The position numbers were made by a program, and so were the translations under genes. Below the pieces are notes generated by a model. It was given only the letters and a program-made list of their open reading frames with translations, did no database searches and had not been told where the DNA came from. A stretch of 64,000 bases of DNA from assembly GCF_964204645.1 (NCBI RefSeq), contig NC_134031.1, positions 20,715,910-20,779,909 of the forward strand, written 5' to 3'. This stretch comes from Tubulanus polymorphus. Taxonomy: Eukaryota > Animalia > Nemertea. This document shows positions 14,101 to 29,100 of the stretch, piece after piece; positions within the stretch are counted from its first letter, which is position 1; each line of letters begins with the position of its first letter.

Positions 14101-17100
14101 CATACGATCACAGCTACGTAATAATCCTATTGTTTCATCTGAGGATATTCTTCAATTATCTATCGGAACATGAGTTGCTCGTAGAGATCCCACGCATTGT
14201 ATCTATTTACGATGATGAAAGTGCCGTTGTTCGTACTCGAGTGGGTGCTTCTTACTGATTTATGAATGAACATTTTTGATATATCTAAATGGAAGCTGCG
14301 TTAAGGCAATATTCGGCTTGTTCGCGCTTTGAATATCAACTGATGTTTCTTCAGGATATAAATTCATTCTTGTAGTCGTGGATTGGTGGAGGATATTTCA
14401 CCAAGATCGAGACCAGCTCACTGTTCACGCATACAAAATATCTAGTCCGAAATTTTAGCGCCCAACTCGCGTGTTACGTAGCTGTGTTAATGAGCAGTTA
14501 AGCAAGAAAGTTAGTAACAAAGAAAATGGAATCTAATGAGTCCATAAAAATGAAGAAAAAAAACCAACCGGACATTTTCCTTGGATTTAGGCATTTATCA
14601 AACAGACACTGATCCGATTTAAATGTATCGGCCGTATTGAATCTAAATATCATTCGAATTCCTTTTGACTTTGATTTAATTTCTTACCTTCTGAATAAGG
14701 CATCTAGAACGTGTTCTACAGAACTGAACGATCGGTAAGTAGCCAGGAACACATTGACGTGGGTCGAATCAATTAATCCATTATCCTGCACTAAATGAGT
14801 TATCAATTTATTCAATGATCCGGCTTTGATGTGACGAACTTTCAACGTCTCCCACGCCAACTTCGAACCGTCATCTTCGATGATATCCTAGAAACAGAAG
14901 ACGCGCGTAAAAAACTCATCAAACGAACAAACCTGCCTCTCGTGACGGTACGATAAACCCCCCAGTGCTTCACGCAGCGATGCACACAGTTACTAAATGA
15001 GCCAGAAAAACATTTTACAGGATACAGTAGTCACTTTCCCCCCATCCAAAAATTCCCTAAGTTTTCGTTGATTATTTTCATGTTATATCACACGAAATTC
15101 CCTGAATGAATCTGCCGCAGGTGAATAGAGAAATTTCCTGGTTGAAAATATTAAAATTTATCCATTTTTCACAAATAATGTATTGATAAAGAAACGCTTG
15201 GGCATGAATTATGAATATCCTAATTCCCTGGGCCCACAAGTTTGAGTTTTCCGGGTTTCAGGCAAAATTTATCGAATTCCCAGAGATTTCACCGATTCTT
15301 TCAAGATTTTCCCTGATTTCTAGTTCCACAGCCAACCTGACAATAACGCCCAGCTGGTTATGTATATTGTTAATAACTTTGGTATTTAGTAAGTTTTCAT
15401 TTTTCTATAAGTATTTGTCAATAATTTATTCAGTTATCCTCTGTCTATAGAAATGCTTGGAGTGAAAATAAAGTAATTCATTTTTTTTCGCCAAAAATTT
15501 CATCTCTAGAGCAACCATGCTCAATTGCGTGGTTGACTATTTCCGGACTATAGTTCTGACTAACTGACATTCGGTTTCACTTTGTTCACTAATAGCCGAC
15601 TACGACAACTCAGATAACTGCAGTCACAGAACATTGAAGGTTCCCAATTCATACAATGATTTCTATGAGCTGACAATCTCGAGCTGGACAATGAAGTGGC
15701 CTATAATGTTCATATTCATACAAGAAATAGAGCACAGTTACCATAAATAGTGCATACTGGCTGTGATCATATTATCTGATTTGGCAATACATTAGCATAA
15801 TACGCAAATGGAAATCCAATATTCCAAAATTTGTTTTCCTTTTATCACCCATGAAACCGGTAAAAATACAATTTTCCAACAGAAACCCATTTTTGAGGGT
15901 TCAGAAAGCAAAGAACATTGAATTTGTTCTTGTTTTCGTGTTTCTGGCTTAACCACTGTATCGAGCTACAGATTCAGGGAATCTAAAAACTCAGCTCAAA
16001 GTTGATCGATTATGAATTAATCTCGATAACGTAAGATTGAGTGTTCGCAACGCCACCTGGTGAGATAGCCGGTGATGTAGTTTCTCATTGCCTGTTTTGG
16101 AGAATTCAAACCAGTTAAATCATGTCTAGACCGATTGACTTGACGGTTTTCATTACAGCATGCAGAAAATACTTGTTCTAATTTCTAATTGGTTGAGTGA
16201 CTCTCAATAAGGAAACTGAAGTCTATTGACATGATTTTACTCCAGGCCCGAGACAAGTCTAGCCAGTAATTCTGCTTTTTTCTAATATTGTCTCAGACAA
16301 AAACGATATCCAATAACGGGGAGTTATTGTATCGGATAAGACATATCCTCACCGGGGCTTCGATCCAGACTCTAATACTGTTAAAAAGTAATCTAAAATT
16401 TCTTCATTTCAAATTCATGTATAGTTTCAGCGTCTATTAGAATATGTATCTATATTAACACGAGCGAAGCATTCACACGACAGTTTCCATACTGAGCTCG
16501 CTAATGCCTAGTGCACGACAAAAAAGTGTTTAATGCATTTTGAAGATTTGGTTAAATCTGCTCCATAGAACAGTAAAACAAGAAACACTGAAATAGCCCT
16601 AAAGCACCGTTAGTTATGAGATAAGTAGATTTCAGAGTTAATACAGAAATAGCAAAAACGACAACATTTTTCACTTTGAAACTAGGCTTTGTTTCACTGG
16701 AGTTCGTGAGCAACAAGATAACTTGAGCGATACGCGCCTTATCGCTTAACAGCGCATCATTTTTATATCTTAAATTCAATCATACTAAAAACTCAGTTCA
16801 AAATGATATAATGAACAAACGCAACTACATCATAAAGTCAGTGTAGATAATGGTTTGTTTACTGAGAAACAGCGCACTCACGTCAGGGTGGACGGGTACA
16901 TTATAGGATCGGAGAGCAACTGAGACCACTGTGGATACAAACAGTTCCAGGACTGGGTGAAGGTATCACTTCTCCAGAAACAGTTAGCATTCTCATGGAA
17001 TTATCATGCATAGGCCCGGTCCGACATTGTGGATCTATGGCACCAGTGCAAATATTTCACTCCTATAGAGGGAGGTCATATCCTCATTATGTGATTGCTA

Positions 17101-20100
17101 TTGTAATGCTTCAGATTAGCTTCAGTTTATATATGTATATAAGAAAAAGAAGGGAGTTGTCACCGAGAATAGCTAATAATAAAACAAAAGGTGTTTGATG
17201 TTCTAGCTACGAAGCAGTCTTAATGCATCATTCAAAGAAACATCAAACACTCGTATTCAGATAAATGTCAACACAATTCTCTTATCTTCCGTCGAATACA
17301 GGTGACATGAATCGAAATATAAATTCTTTGAAAAAAGATTCCTGGCAAATTTTCATAGATAAATGTCATACGTGTAATAAACGAAGTACTGTGTGAGAGA
17401 CAATGTTTGGCATCACGGTTACAATACCGGGTATGAACAACGCCTGTTTATATGTGGCATTATTATCATACATGATCTGATGTATCTATAAATTTACAAT
17501 TTGTTCAAAAGGAGACGAATAAAGATATATCATAATCATTGCAGAAACAAATGCAGTAGGGCTGAATTTTTACAGTGAAAATTGTGAATTTTGTGCAATT
17601 TAATGAAACCCTGAGAAAACGGAATCCTTCTATATCACTCTGAAAGTTTGAAAGTCTGGTTCTACATTGCTTTGATCTCTGCATATTTGGATCGAATATG
17701 TTCAATGCTTTGATAAAGTGTGGATAAAGTGCTGCCCGTAGCGGCTAATGAATCTCGGTTTAAATGGTCGATATTCATATCTAAGAAAATGCTGTCAGAC
17801 AAAATCCTGTTTCAATTACGTCTCTCCATACTAACAGCTTACACAGTTATCGGTTTGATTCTACTCTGAATTGTGCTCCACTCCATGATTAAGTGAACAT
17901 AAATCCGAAATCACTTTGTTTAAGTATTGTTTAGTATCGAGTGAGTGGTTTCTCTAATTAGACACGGGCCACATTTGACATGGGCCTGATTCGCACCATT
18001 TGATCACTGCTATAGGTCAGGTTTCGATGGAACTGGCTGCTGCTCGGTCTGAGATTTTCCAAGTGCTGGTCTGAGATTTTTTTCTTATATTTCATCATAA
18101 CACAGAATTATCCCTCTTTATTAGGGCTTATAACAACAAAGAGTTTCACGTAATTGATCGTCGCATTACAAATCGCCTAACAAATATTGAACAATTGTAA
18201 ATATATATGTTACTCGAGTCAATAAACTGGATGTGACCTGAAATGTTTTCATATTTCTACTTTCACTATTTGTTTAAGGCATTCGTATTTACATACATTA
18301 TAAAGCGTGGGTCTAGATTGAACCACTGCATTCCTTAAAAGCAACAAAATCATCTCAAGAAAATCTTTTCTACCGATTCACGAAAACTCTTCTGACGCAC
18401 TCGTTCACTCACGAGAATAGATGGCTATGTACCAATGGTATTCATCAATAAACCGTTAAATGTTTTATTACAGATATTGTGATCTACTGATTCACATGTT
18501 AAATGGTACAAACCTCTGGGAAGGAATTATAAACCACTTTCTTCAAGTATACACTGTACAACGCATCTTCTTCTCTTTCTTCTCTCCAAAACTTGTTTAA
18601 ATCCTCCTGAAAGAAAGATCACTTCACATAAGAAAACGGATTGATTACGAAAACTTGTTATAGTTGCAGAAAGTTCGTCCATAGCCACTATCACGTGAGT
18701 GTTTTTGGCCCAAAAACGTCGCACCAAGCCTGAGCCAAATTTTAGCATGGGAATGATTGCTTTCAAATTGCAACAGGTTTTGAAGTGACTCACTTCACTT
18801 TGAGCGTTGTTTAGTATCGAGTGAGTGGTTTGCGTGTGAGTGCACTCTCTAATTAGGCACGGGCCAAATTTGACGGGCCTGATCCGGGCCAAATCTTCTC
18901 CATGTGATCGCGGCATATTATCGAGTATTTCGTAGCACGAATAGAAAATACTCGTTGATTACTCATTGGCAGCGACAAGTCTCGTTAATTAGAGGTCATC
19001 TGATGATGCTCGTTAATTAACGGAGGAACATCAAACCTGGACATAATAACATCATTAGTTCTAGTGCTATACATATCTATATCTATAATACAGTTATTTA
19101 TACCATATTTGGATCGTTTCCAGATGAAAGTTTTTTTTTATCTGTAGCGAGGAACACCCAGTGGCTGAATGAAAATCTATTGGGTATATAGATTATTCGA
19201 TATCTACTTCGAACATAAGTAGCATCGCAACCGGGTTTTGCCAATCAAAACTAGGGAAAGGAGCATTATCAAGATCGTATTAAGGGAGGCGGAGGCTCCT
19301 TACCATCGGGAGGCTCCTTACTATCAGGAGGCTCCTTACCACCGGGAGGCTCCTTACCATCGGGAGGCTCCTTACTATCGGGAGGCTCCTTACCATCGGG
19401 AGGCTCCTTACTATCAGGAGGCTCCTTACCATCGTGATTAAGACCAATTTCACCATACATTTTGACATTTCACAATAACGCTGGCTATTCAGCAATCTGC
19501 TCTTAGAGTAAATGTTAGAGGTTGAGCTTGCCTCAGGCTGAACAATAAGAACTTATACAAACTATCTTTATGAGGTATCTGAGGTGCTAGTCCAATGTGG
19601 ATACTCAACACACAATTTAACTGAGATCACACAAGAGATGATAACCAGCGCCAGATCTTAGTCAAATTTGGCAAATAAGGCCCGTGCCTGCAACAACTGT
19701 GACAAAGCGAAGTCAGTCACTTCCAGAACCAGTTACAATTCGCACGCGATAATTTGTACCGTGCTAAAATTTGGCTTAGGCCTGGTCAGGAGTAAACCGG
19801 TCAGGAGTAAACCGGTCAGGAGTAAACCCATCGGGATCAAGCAGGATCCTAAAAATCATTATGCCTGAAAAAATGTTGGCACACGTTTGCTTTTACAGGG
19901 AAATGAGAATGGGTGTATCTAGTTAATAAAGATTACCGGATTAGCCATTCTTTGTTACAGGAGATTCTATTCTATTGTATAAAATTCGAATTGTGGAACA
20001 TCTTCATTTATCTCCAGTTTACAAGGATTACAGCGTTTTATTCAACTACTAACAAACAAACCTCATTTCGATGACTCAAAGCATTTACCGCGGGAGGAGA

Positions 20101-23100
20101 CAATATCGACTAGAATCAGTGAAGCTTACGTTACTATATTAGTAATATTCCACTAATCGATATTTTCAAACAGCTGTTCGCAAATACAAACAAATAATAG
20201 TCTATGATAATATTCCAGTCCACTGCTGCTACTACCATAGACAAGCAGAGACCAGATTTACGATTCAAAAATTCTGATGCTTCAGTCGTGTCTGAAGAGT
20301 TGTATTTATGACTAGAATGTTAATAAGTACATCACGAGTCGTTTTGATGCAAGTTATTTTTCTCTACAATATAAATGATAGAGCTATAAGTCGAAGGCTT
20401 CATGTCAATCTGGTAACTACACATGCCATATTCTTTTGCTATTGACGGCTGAAGTCTTGATGATCGCTCAAAGACACTCGGTGCCATGAAAGCCTAAAAG
20501 TTCCTCATTTCCACTACCCTTGGCCCAGTTTATTTTTAGATAATATTAAAATTAATACCAATCCGTACTCTCTCCCTACTAGATGGTCGACTCATGTGCC
20601 GCGATCGTTAAAACTGGTCAGGACAATAACAGTAAGTCATCAACTGGTTGCTGTCAGTCGCAAAGCATCTCTGGTGGCAAAGCCTATCTACGCCTGTCTC
20701 AAGATGTATGAAAAAAATGGATGAATTTGTGCTCAGGCGAGCAGTGCTGGACTCTGCCCTATAACAGGTAATACTCAAACTGGTGGAATGGAAAAATCAA
20801 TTTGGCAAATGAGTTTTCGCGCTGGGAAAGATGATTTGATCACGGCGTATATTTGCAGCTCAAACACAGCCCGCGCAGTTAGTCATAAAATAAAGATTGA
20901 ATTAGTGATGAGGTAAGTAGTAGGTAAGCGCAGAATTCAAACCACGGAATCAATGTCAATTTCTATAACAAATGCTGGAGGGATAAGAATATTGTATATA
21001 ACTTTGTCAAATTCTGGCCTCATTTGGTAGCGTTGAATTCTGTAGTTGTGTTACCCGTTTAGTAGCAGAAGAACCCGGTCTAAGCAGGTTTTTTTTATTC
21101 CCTCAAACTCACTGAGCGACACGCAGAGCATTATAAGTGGGTTTGATGTTTCTTTTTCCCAATGGGGAGAGACGAGAGAAGAACCTTTAACCTACGAGCA
21201 ATAATTGCTTGTAGCTTCAACCAAGAAACTCTGTCGCCACCAGGGTTGAACCCATAAACCGTGGATTGACGAGCCCTTAACCCACTCGGCCACTTCACCT
21301 CTCAGGTGAAGGTTCCCAACATGGTCTACACTGACACAGATGATCACATAAAGTATTAAATCAGACAGCCAATAAAATTAACCCCAATGAATCAAAAATT
21401 TCGAATTCTGGGCTAAAAACCCGTGATTTCATGAGTTCTACAATAGTATAAAAATGAAAATGGTTTTCCCCGATATCCGTGGGATTCTTCCACAGTCACC
21501 GGAATAAACATGCAACACAACAACTTCATGTTCAAATCTAACAAAGCTGCCAGTTGTAAATAAGTTGTTTTGTAGTCTGCGGAAGATTAGAATAGAATGA
21601 GGAAAAATATGTAAGATAAAGTATTTTATGAAACAGCAGCACAGCTATAGCCAGATCCTGAACTTCTCTTATGGAAGAAGAATGCAGCAAAAACAATAAC
21701 AACCTACACCAGAATACCACTGGGTTTTACGGTTGATTGATTAGTAAAACACTTGGTTTTTTCTTTAGAAGAATCCCGAGCACAATTCGCATTGCCAAAC
21801 TATTCCCTAAAAATACATTATTCACAGCGTTGTTCTGTTCAACAATGTGTGGCTATTCATATCACTAAACAATTGTTCCAAACATTGCTTTTCCGAATAG
21901 AAATGTCAGATATCATCAGGAACATTGTTTGGACTCATTCATTCATCAGATATGCGCACAACAGACAATTTGGATCAGTAATTGTGTAATTTTACAAAAT
22001 GGCGTTGCCCATTCCAGAAATACAGGGGTTGTTGGGAATTCCAAGACTGGATTATCACAATTCAACCTTGTCTTAACCTTGGCCCTTAGAAATTAAATCT
22101 AATTTCTGGTATCTAGAAATACTTAAATTACAGTTTATCGTGGAGATAAGGGTTAAGATTGTATATCTAAAATGTTGACGGGTCTATCAACTCAGCCATA
22201 TCAGTCATGGATATTATCTCCATCGTCAAGTTGAGGTGGCACAATATGGATTATATAAATCTCTCCAGCAGATTATCCCTTAAGTTTTAATCCATCTGAG
22301 ATTACTGGATCAAACAGTCAGAGAGCCTAGAATGATAACAATTATCCTCTCAGTGAAGATAAGATCTCACACCTTATATTCACCTTAATGGTCCCGTATT
22401 CCCAAGGATTTGTCAGTTATTTACCAACCCGACCATTGAGAAAATTTCTCATATTGGATATAATAAACCTGGAGAGATTTTTAGGTGACCTGAAGTATAT
22501 ACTTTTGATATCTTTAGACAATCATAACTTATGTTTAGGCTTAGATAATCACTGTAGAAGGAAGTAATAATCCCCCCCCCCCCGGTAAATATCAGGTCTG
22601 AATCCCTGCTATTGAGAGGCCGCTGATTACAATAATGGATTAAAATAGAATTTGTAATCAGTTTATTTCTATAGCTGACAGATCTGCTATATTTAGCTTG
22701 ATCATTTTAAGCCTCAATTTTTTTTCGATTTCGAAAGTGGGATTTTTCGCTTTATATTGTATGTGTTCTAACATGATCAGACCAATGATTAACTGTAGGC
22801 CTATTCGATATCGAATATATCAATAATCTCCAATGATTCATAACTATGTCAGTCAGTCAGTCAGTCAGTCTGGTATAGCATCTGCCTAACCATGCATAAG
22901 TCATGCATGCATCTAGTAGTTACATGAAAATCCAACTGATGATTTTCTGAACCAGCGAAGCCTGACAACTCTCTCTCTTTCTCTCTCTCTCTCTGTAAAC
23001 CAGACGACTCCATGGAGCACGAGCTAATCAATAAAATTGATCCGTAGCTATGCATACGCATTAATCCTACCGAGAAATACATCTCGCATACAGCTGATTA

Positions 23101-26100
23101 TCAATGTGTCTCTGTCCTCTATTCCTCACATTACTAATGATATTAACCCATTCTCAACATCTGGGAACAAAATAGGATGAAAAATTTCATTAAGCCTTCG
23201 AACTGAACCTTGTTATAACGAATTGATATTTCACATACTGAAAACTACCGATATGATGATGTGACGAAAGCCGATACATCAAAACTAATAATTACTTTAC
23301 GATATTCAGCGCTACCGATCAAATATCAAATTCAACAAACATATATGCATTTCGTGGTTCTATGAAAACCCGATGTTTCTAACCATTGCCTACGAAAAAC
23401 TCATCGGTTTGAAACTATGAATACTTAAAATTAACACGTTCATTTTTCAAAGGTAACAATATACGTTTTTCTTATGTAGACCTACAATACACAGGATATA
23501 AATGATCGTATGGCTGGCATAAAGGGGGCCTACAGGGGGCGTATAGGGGGCGTACAGGGGGCGGGGGTTAGAAAATCGAAATTTTATGTGTACATAATAG
23601 ACGAATGGTTCCTAAATTGTCATCGAAGTTCTCTTGGGTCTAAGCGGTGTAATGGCGTAAAATAAATCGACACGGAAAATTAATTTACAGCACAACGCGT
23701 AATTATCTCAACCAAAATAGTGTACATGACTCAATCAACATTCCGCAAACACCGCGGCCGGTCGGCCCCGTGGTTGCATAAAAAACAAACTAACAGCTAA
23801 CTGTGATTAATGAATGAATAGCAACTCGAGGGCGAGTCAGTAACAAAATGACTATACTATACATGACAGGAAGCCAAGACGCCGATGCTACATCAATAAT
23901 TGCTTCTTCAGACTCAAAGGTTAAGTAGCCTCGGGTTCCTTCGGTAAGATAGATCTCACAGTATCTTCAACTAATCCAGCTACTGGAACCAGTGTGAATA
24001 TAGCGAAATCTTCGTTAGATTCTTGTCAAATGATTAATGATGAGTGAAACTGAATTTTAATCCGACATGAAAAACTCACGTGGATCCAGTCTGACTTGTG
24101 AGACTCGCACAAGTCCATCCAAATTTTTTGAGTGCTCTTTTAATTTTTTCATCGAAGATGATTGGCGGCGCATTTCAATGGGAAGTGACAGTCCTCTGGC
24201 CTCTGCGTCTCGACAATTCAACTTTATATAGGTCTATTGATGGCAGCAAATGTCAAATCACGCCTCTAAAACTGTACTTAGTTATTTTTGGTGGATTCTC
24301 AGTTGAAAATCATTAAAAATGTTGACACGCATGAATAATGCTGGGTTCACACACACGACTTTTTGAAGAGAAAATTGAGAAGTTGTCTCAACTTCTCGAT
24401 TTCTCAACTTCTGACCCGGTTAGATAAATAAACAAAGTTGTGTCAAAATGTGTGTTCACACACACAGCATAATTCACACAACTCCAGCTGGGCGTAGATG
24501 CAGCAGTGCATAGAAGGCATAGAAGGATGAACAAGAAATCGCAATTTAAGCAGAAATCAAAAAGATAATTGTGATAAATTGACTTTGGCCTATCCAGCAT
24601 CCATATGGATATATCATGCCCGGTGTTGGGGGATCCTGGTACCGCCTGACTCCAGAAATTTTAAAGAGAATTCATGAGTCTCATATATCAATTATCTGAT
24701 AGACATGCGATTGATGAGATTTAAAAGGTTTATTCTTTTATTGTAGAAATTGTAGAAATATATTGCCCTCTCTTACCAGAAAGGAAGACTATTAAAATGC
24801 GCGCGAATATACTGCATGTTGATTGGTTAGATTTCTCTCAACTCCTCGACTGAGTTGAGAGAAATAGAACATGTTCTATTTCTCTCAACTAGTCGAGACT
24901 AGAGTTGTGTCGAGGAAAATCGAGCAACTTTTTCGTTCACACACATGACTCACTTCAAAATAGTTGTCCTCGACTGTGAGTTGCTCGATTCCTCGACGAA
25001 AAATCGTGTGTGTGAACCTAGCATAACCAACACGTCATACATATGCCTCTGATTGAATGTAGCACACTTCAATACACGGCTTGTTTAGAACAGAAATTAC
25101 GTTCAGACTACAGAAAATACCAACGCAGCCATCTCAGAATAATCGTACTTGGATCGGGCTTTTGGTGCACAATCACTTTCTGCACTTGCTAAGCCCAGTA
25201 TTTTAGAAGAAGCCGTGAATAATTTAACTGCACAAACGCTCAGTTCTGCGTGCTGAAATCCACGCTGCTTCAGACTTTCAGATTCAGATGAGATGATTGA
25301 TATATGGGCTATACATGATATATGGGCTATAGATGATATATGGGCTATAGATGATATATGGGCTATAGATGATATATGGGCTATAGATGATATATGGGCT
25401 ATAGATGATATATGGGCTATAGATGATATATGGGCTATAGATGATATATGGGCTATAGATGATATATGGGCTATAGATGATATATGGGCTATAGATGATA
25501 TATGGGCTATAGATGATATATGGGCTATAGATGATATATGGGCTATACATGATATATGGGCTATAGATGATATATGGGCTATAGATGATATATGGGCTAT
25601 AGATGATATATGGGCTATACATGATATATGGGCTATAGATGATATATGGGCTATAGATGATATATGGGCTATAGATGATATATGGGCTATAGATGATATA
25701 TGGGCTATACATGATATATGGGCTATACATGATATATGGGCTATACATGATATATGGGCTATACATGATATATGGGCTGATATTGTGTTAATAATGAAAG
25801 CTTGCAGAAATTTGTCTCGATCTCAGCACGTTGGCTGATAGTGGTAATGGAATATCGATATCAATCACTAAATCAAGACAATTCGTATGATACAAAGCCA
25901 GTACAATCTGCTGTCAGACAAACTCACAGATCCACCCGGGGCACATTCAACACTTTATAACCGTTCCTCAAATTTTATATCATTCAGGCTGAACCCTCGA
26001 CCATTTCTAATAGTAAACTGACAAGTAACATTCATGATTTGGCTAAAAATATAGCAACACTAAACAGTGCTTAAAGCACGGCCAATACTCTGAGAATGAA

Positions 26101-29100
26101 ATCAATATATTAGATGTACATGACAAGTTATATGTAGCCTATAGGTTGCTGTTGTAAGGTTTAAAGATATCACCTTCGCAGTTATTCAATTTAACCCAAC
26201 TTAACCGAGATGTATTCAATCGGGGTATCGAGAACGCTACTGTGGCAAGCAAGGATTCAGTGATGATCCACCAGGTGTCGCCAGTGGCACTTTGAGTGAG
26301 AAAGCGAATCTTACATCGATTTCGACAACAACTTGTTTGATAATTTTCAGTTTTTAAAAAACGTAAAAATCAGTTCAAAATCATTGAAAATAAACTGATT
26401 TTCACACTATGAAAAAACTCAGTGAATTGTTGCGTCATCTGATGAGAGCCTGTATGCCTGATGACTGCACACACAATATACGGGTGATTCATGAGACATC
26501 TCCACGTATCAATAGCTCACTGATTCACAGAGGCAACTGTTTTCAATAGATCTTGCATCAAGGGCATGATGAGGGACTAACCCTCGCTGCAAAATGAACT
26601 GTTTGATATTGGAAGCAACTCTGTCGATCTACAACAGGCTTCCATTTCAATAGATTTCAACACATATACCGGTACCGGTAACAGTGTTGACTCAGTAGAA
26701 GAGCATGCCTTCTTAGCACTAACTGTACGTAATTCAAGGTCTTCGCTGGGCAAAAGGTAGGCCTATAAGGGCCTAGTAAGTGGCCACAATGAGTCATATC
26801 AGCCATACAAACATACATAAGTGTGTATCATTCTTAGAATATTTTAGTCCTGTCACAATGAAACGATAAGGTTGACTCGAACAAGCAGAGAATTTTTCAA
26901 CCGAATATGAAAGTACTACCCTAGTACAAAATGTATCTACAGTCAAAGTTTATCATAATGCCACAAAACAGAGCGTTTAAAACGGATCTGGCCCACAGTA
27001 TTTCCACTGAATCTTTTTTTAGTTACATGCAGCATATTAGCTCAAAAATATTTCGGTTTCTATCTTCTGTTCTGCGTGATCTCAAACCCCAAGATATTCG
27101 ATACAATAGATCAACACTCTTCTAATATTTGATTGTCAAGGTTTCCCTTTGTTCACGATCTCAGCCCAGACATAGAAAATGAACCAACAAGAACTATGAA
27201 CACCAGCAACTGACTCTATAGTTTCGGAGATTTGATTTGAGGAGTAAAACATTGAAATCCAACTAATCTTAGTCAAACTTAACATAGAACTATATGAATT
27301 TTTGACATCATATAGGCTAGGGTCTGACACTACTACTGATATATTTGACATGTAGGGCCTGAAGAATTCCTCGATGTACTCGATGTACTCGAACTCTACA
27401 GTATAGACCTATTGACTGAATTTCAAAATTGCATAATGATATTAGCTCAATGCAAAATGAGTGCTAAATATGACACATATAAATACATAACAATAATAAT
27501 ATAACTGTCTTTGAAGCAAGGCTGAGAATAAAAACCCTTTATAAATGATATGTTCTTAAAATAGCCCTTACACGGGCTAATTTAACATACCGTACGTACA
27601 CTTAATATAGAATAAACCCAGTTTATGAAATACCGCTCGCGATCAGAAATAGATATTCTATTCCGGTAATCGCAGAAATTTCAGTTGAAATTCAAATGTA
27701 TCATTACACTTTTTTTTAGATATGAATACAAAAATCGATATTTACCTTTTCCGTAGGTTGCATATCTCACTAGTACATGACACAGCTTGTATTCATTTAC
27801 ATGTATATGTGTATTATCTCTAGAATCACCAGGTACCCGGGTTCTATCATCAATCACCAGTATGCTCAATATACACGGTGATTGATTACAGTGTATAGTA
27901 CACTACAATATAATGGCACGTTTTTACTACCACTACAATACCACCGTCTGAGAGTAGCCTGATGGCGGTACCAAACTACTGACTGGTACCATCGTCATTA
28001 TATCGATAACAACTGCGTACCATTATCACGGAGAGACGATTGGGTGTGAGTCATTTACATTTTATCGAATATAATCGAATAATAATCGCACGTTAGTCTC
28101 GTAGATCGGTAAGAGTCCGTCGAGACTCACACGCCGTCTACGTACGCCTTTTAATTAGAATTCCGTGAATTGTACTCCTTTAATTCGCGTGAAACGAGAT
28201 TCCTCTCCGAGCGACCGGGCAGACGTCGTTACCGAACCCTAGTAGACATTATATACACTCTCCGCTCACTCACAACAACTCCATATTGTTAAATCCGATT
28301 CTAAGAACAAGCCGATAGATAATGACCTAAATAGCTCAAGGCATAGATAGCCTACGCTTTAAGTCTTTTCAAAAGGAAACCTCGGTATATTAGTATCTGG
28401 CTATGAGTGATCAATGTAATCACACTGACAACCACTGCAGCTCCGTTCAATCTATTACTCTATAAGCTGCTGAGTTTATGAGAGAGACATCTAGCGAATA
28501 TTGTGGTAACTAAAGTCCCCATTTATCGACAGGTTCACATAATGCTGCTATTCAAAACATAATGATATAGGCCTGACACTATACATTGCAGTTGCATAGC
28601 CATACCTCAGATTTAAGACCAGTCTAAGACCTACTTAGTTGTGTAGCTAATCTAACAACTTAAGACCAGTCTTAAGATTTAAGAAAAAGATCACTTTTAG
28701 ACAACTCGACCCAAGTTTAATTTAATCCATGTATATTACCTTGAATCTGCATACATATTTTTTATGCCTCTTTATTGCGCTGCGAACAGCCATGATTACA
28801 TACCGCCTAACTGCGTATAAATGATTGTTTACAAATTATCAGTAGAAACTGGCGCTAATCAGTTTTTTAAAGTACTTTTATCTGTGTCAAACTCCCCCAT
28901 TCTTAGAAATAGGACATTGTACTTGTACCAGGAAGTAAATAGCCTACCGTATCAGTAGCTGAAATAACAACAATCATAATTTGCCTCACATGATGTTATG
29001 CAACTAAAAATTGGGTTTTTTCCATCTGTGAATACGGAAGCCGTATTTGAAGTACAGCGGAACCTTGTATAGGCTATACTTCAGTGGATTTGTTGTATCC

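Noticed and set aside
16333-16357. 25-nt AG/GT-bounded microexon candidate in an RGL intron
   Set aside because: Not a multiple of 3 and begins TAT TAG in the required phase 0.
19238-19495. REAPYH / KEPPDG repeat ORFs
   Set aside because: Translation of an 18-bp minisatellite; no splice or homology support.
21230-21299. Possible tRNA gene
   Set aside because: A and B boxes are present, but the acceptor and anticodon stems do not form; treated as a SINE head.
25284-25838. 160-181 aa repetitive ORFs, and CRISPR-like regularity
   Set aside because: Head-to-tail 18-bp minisatellite with no unique spacers, inside an RGL intron; the ORFs exist only because the unit is a stop-free multiple of 3.
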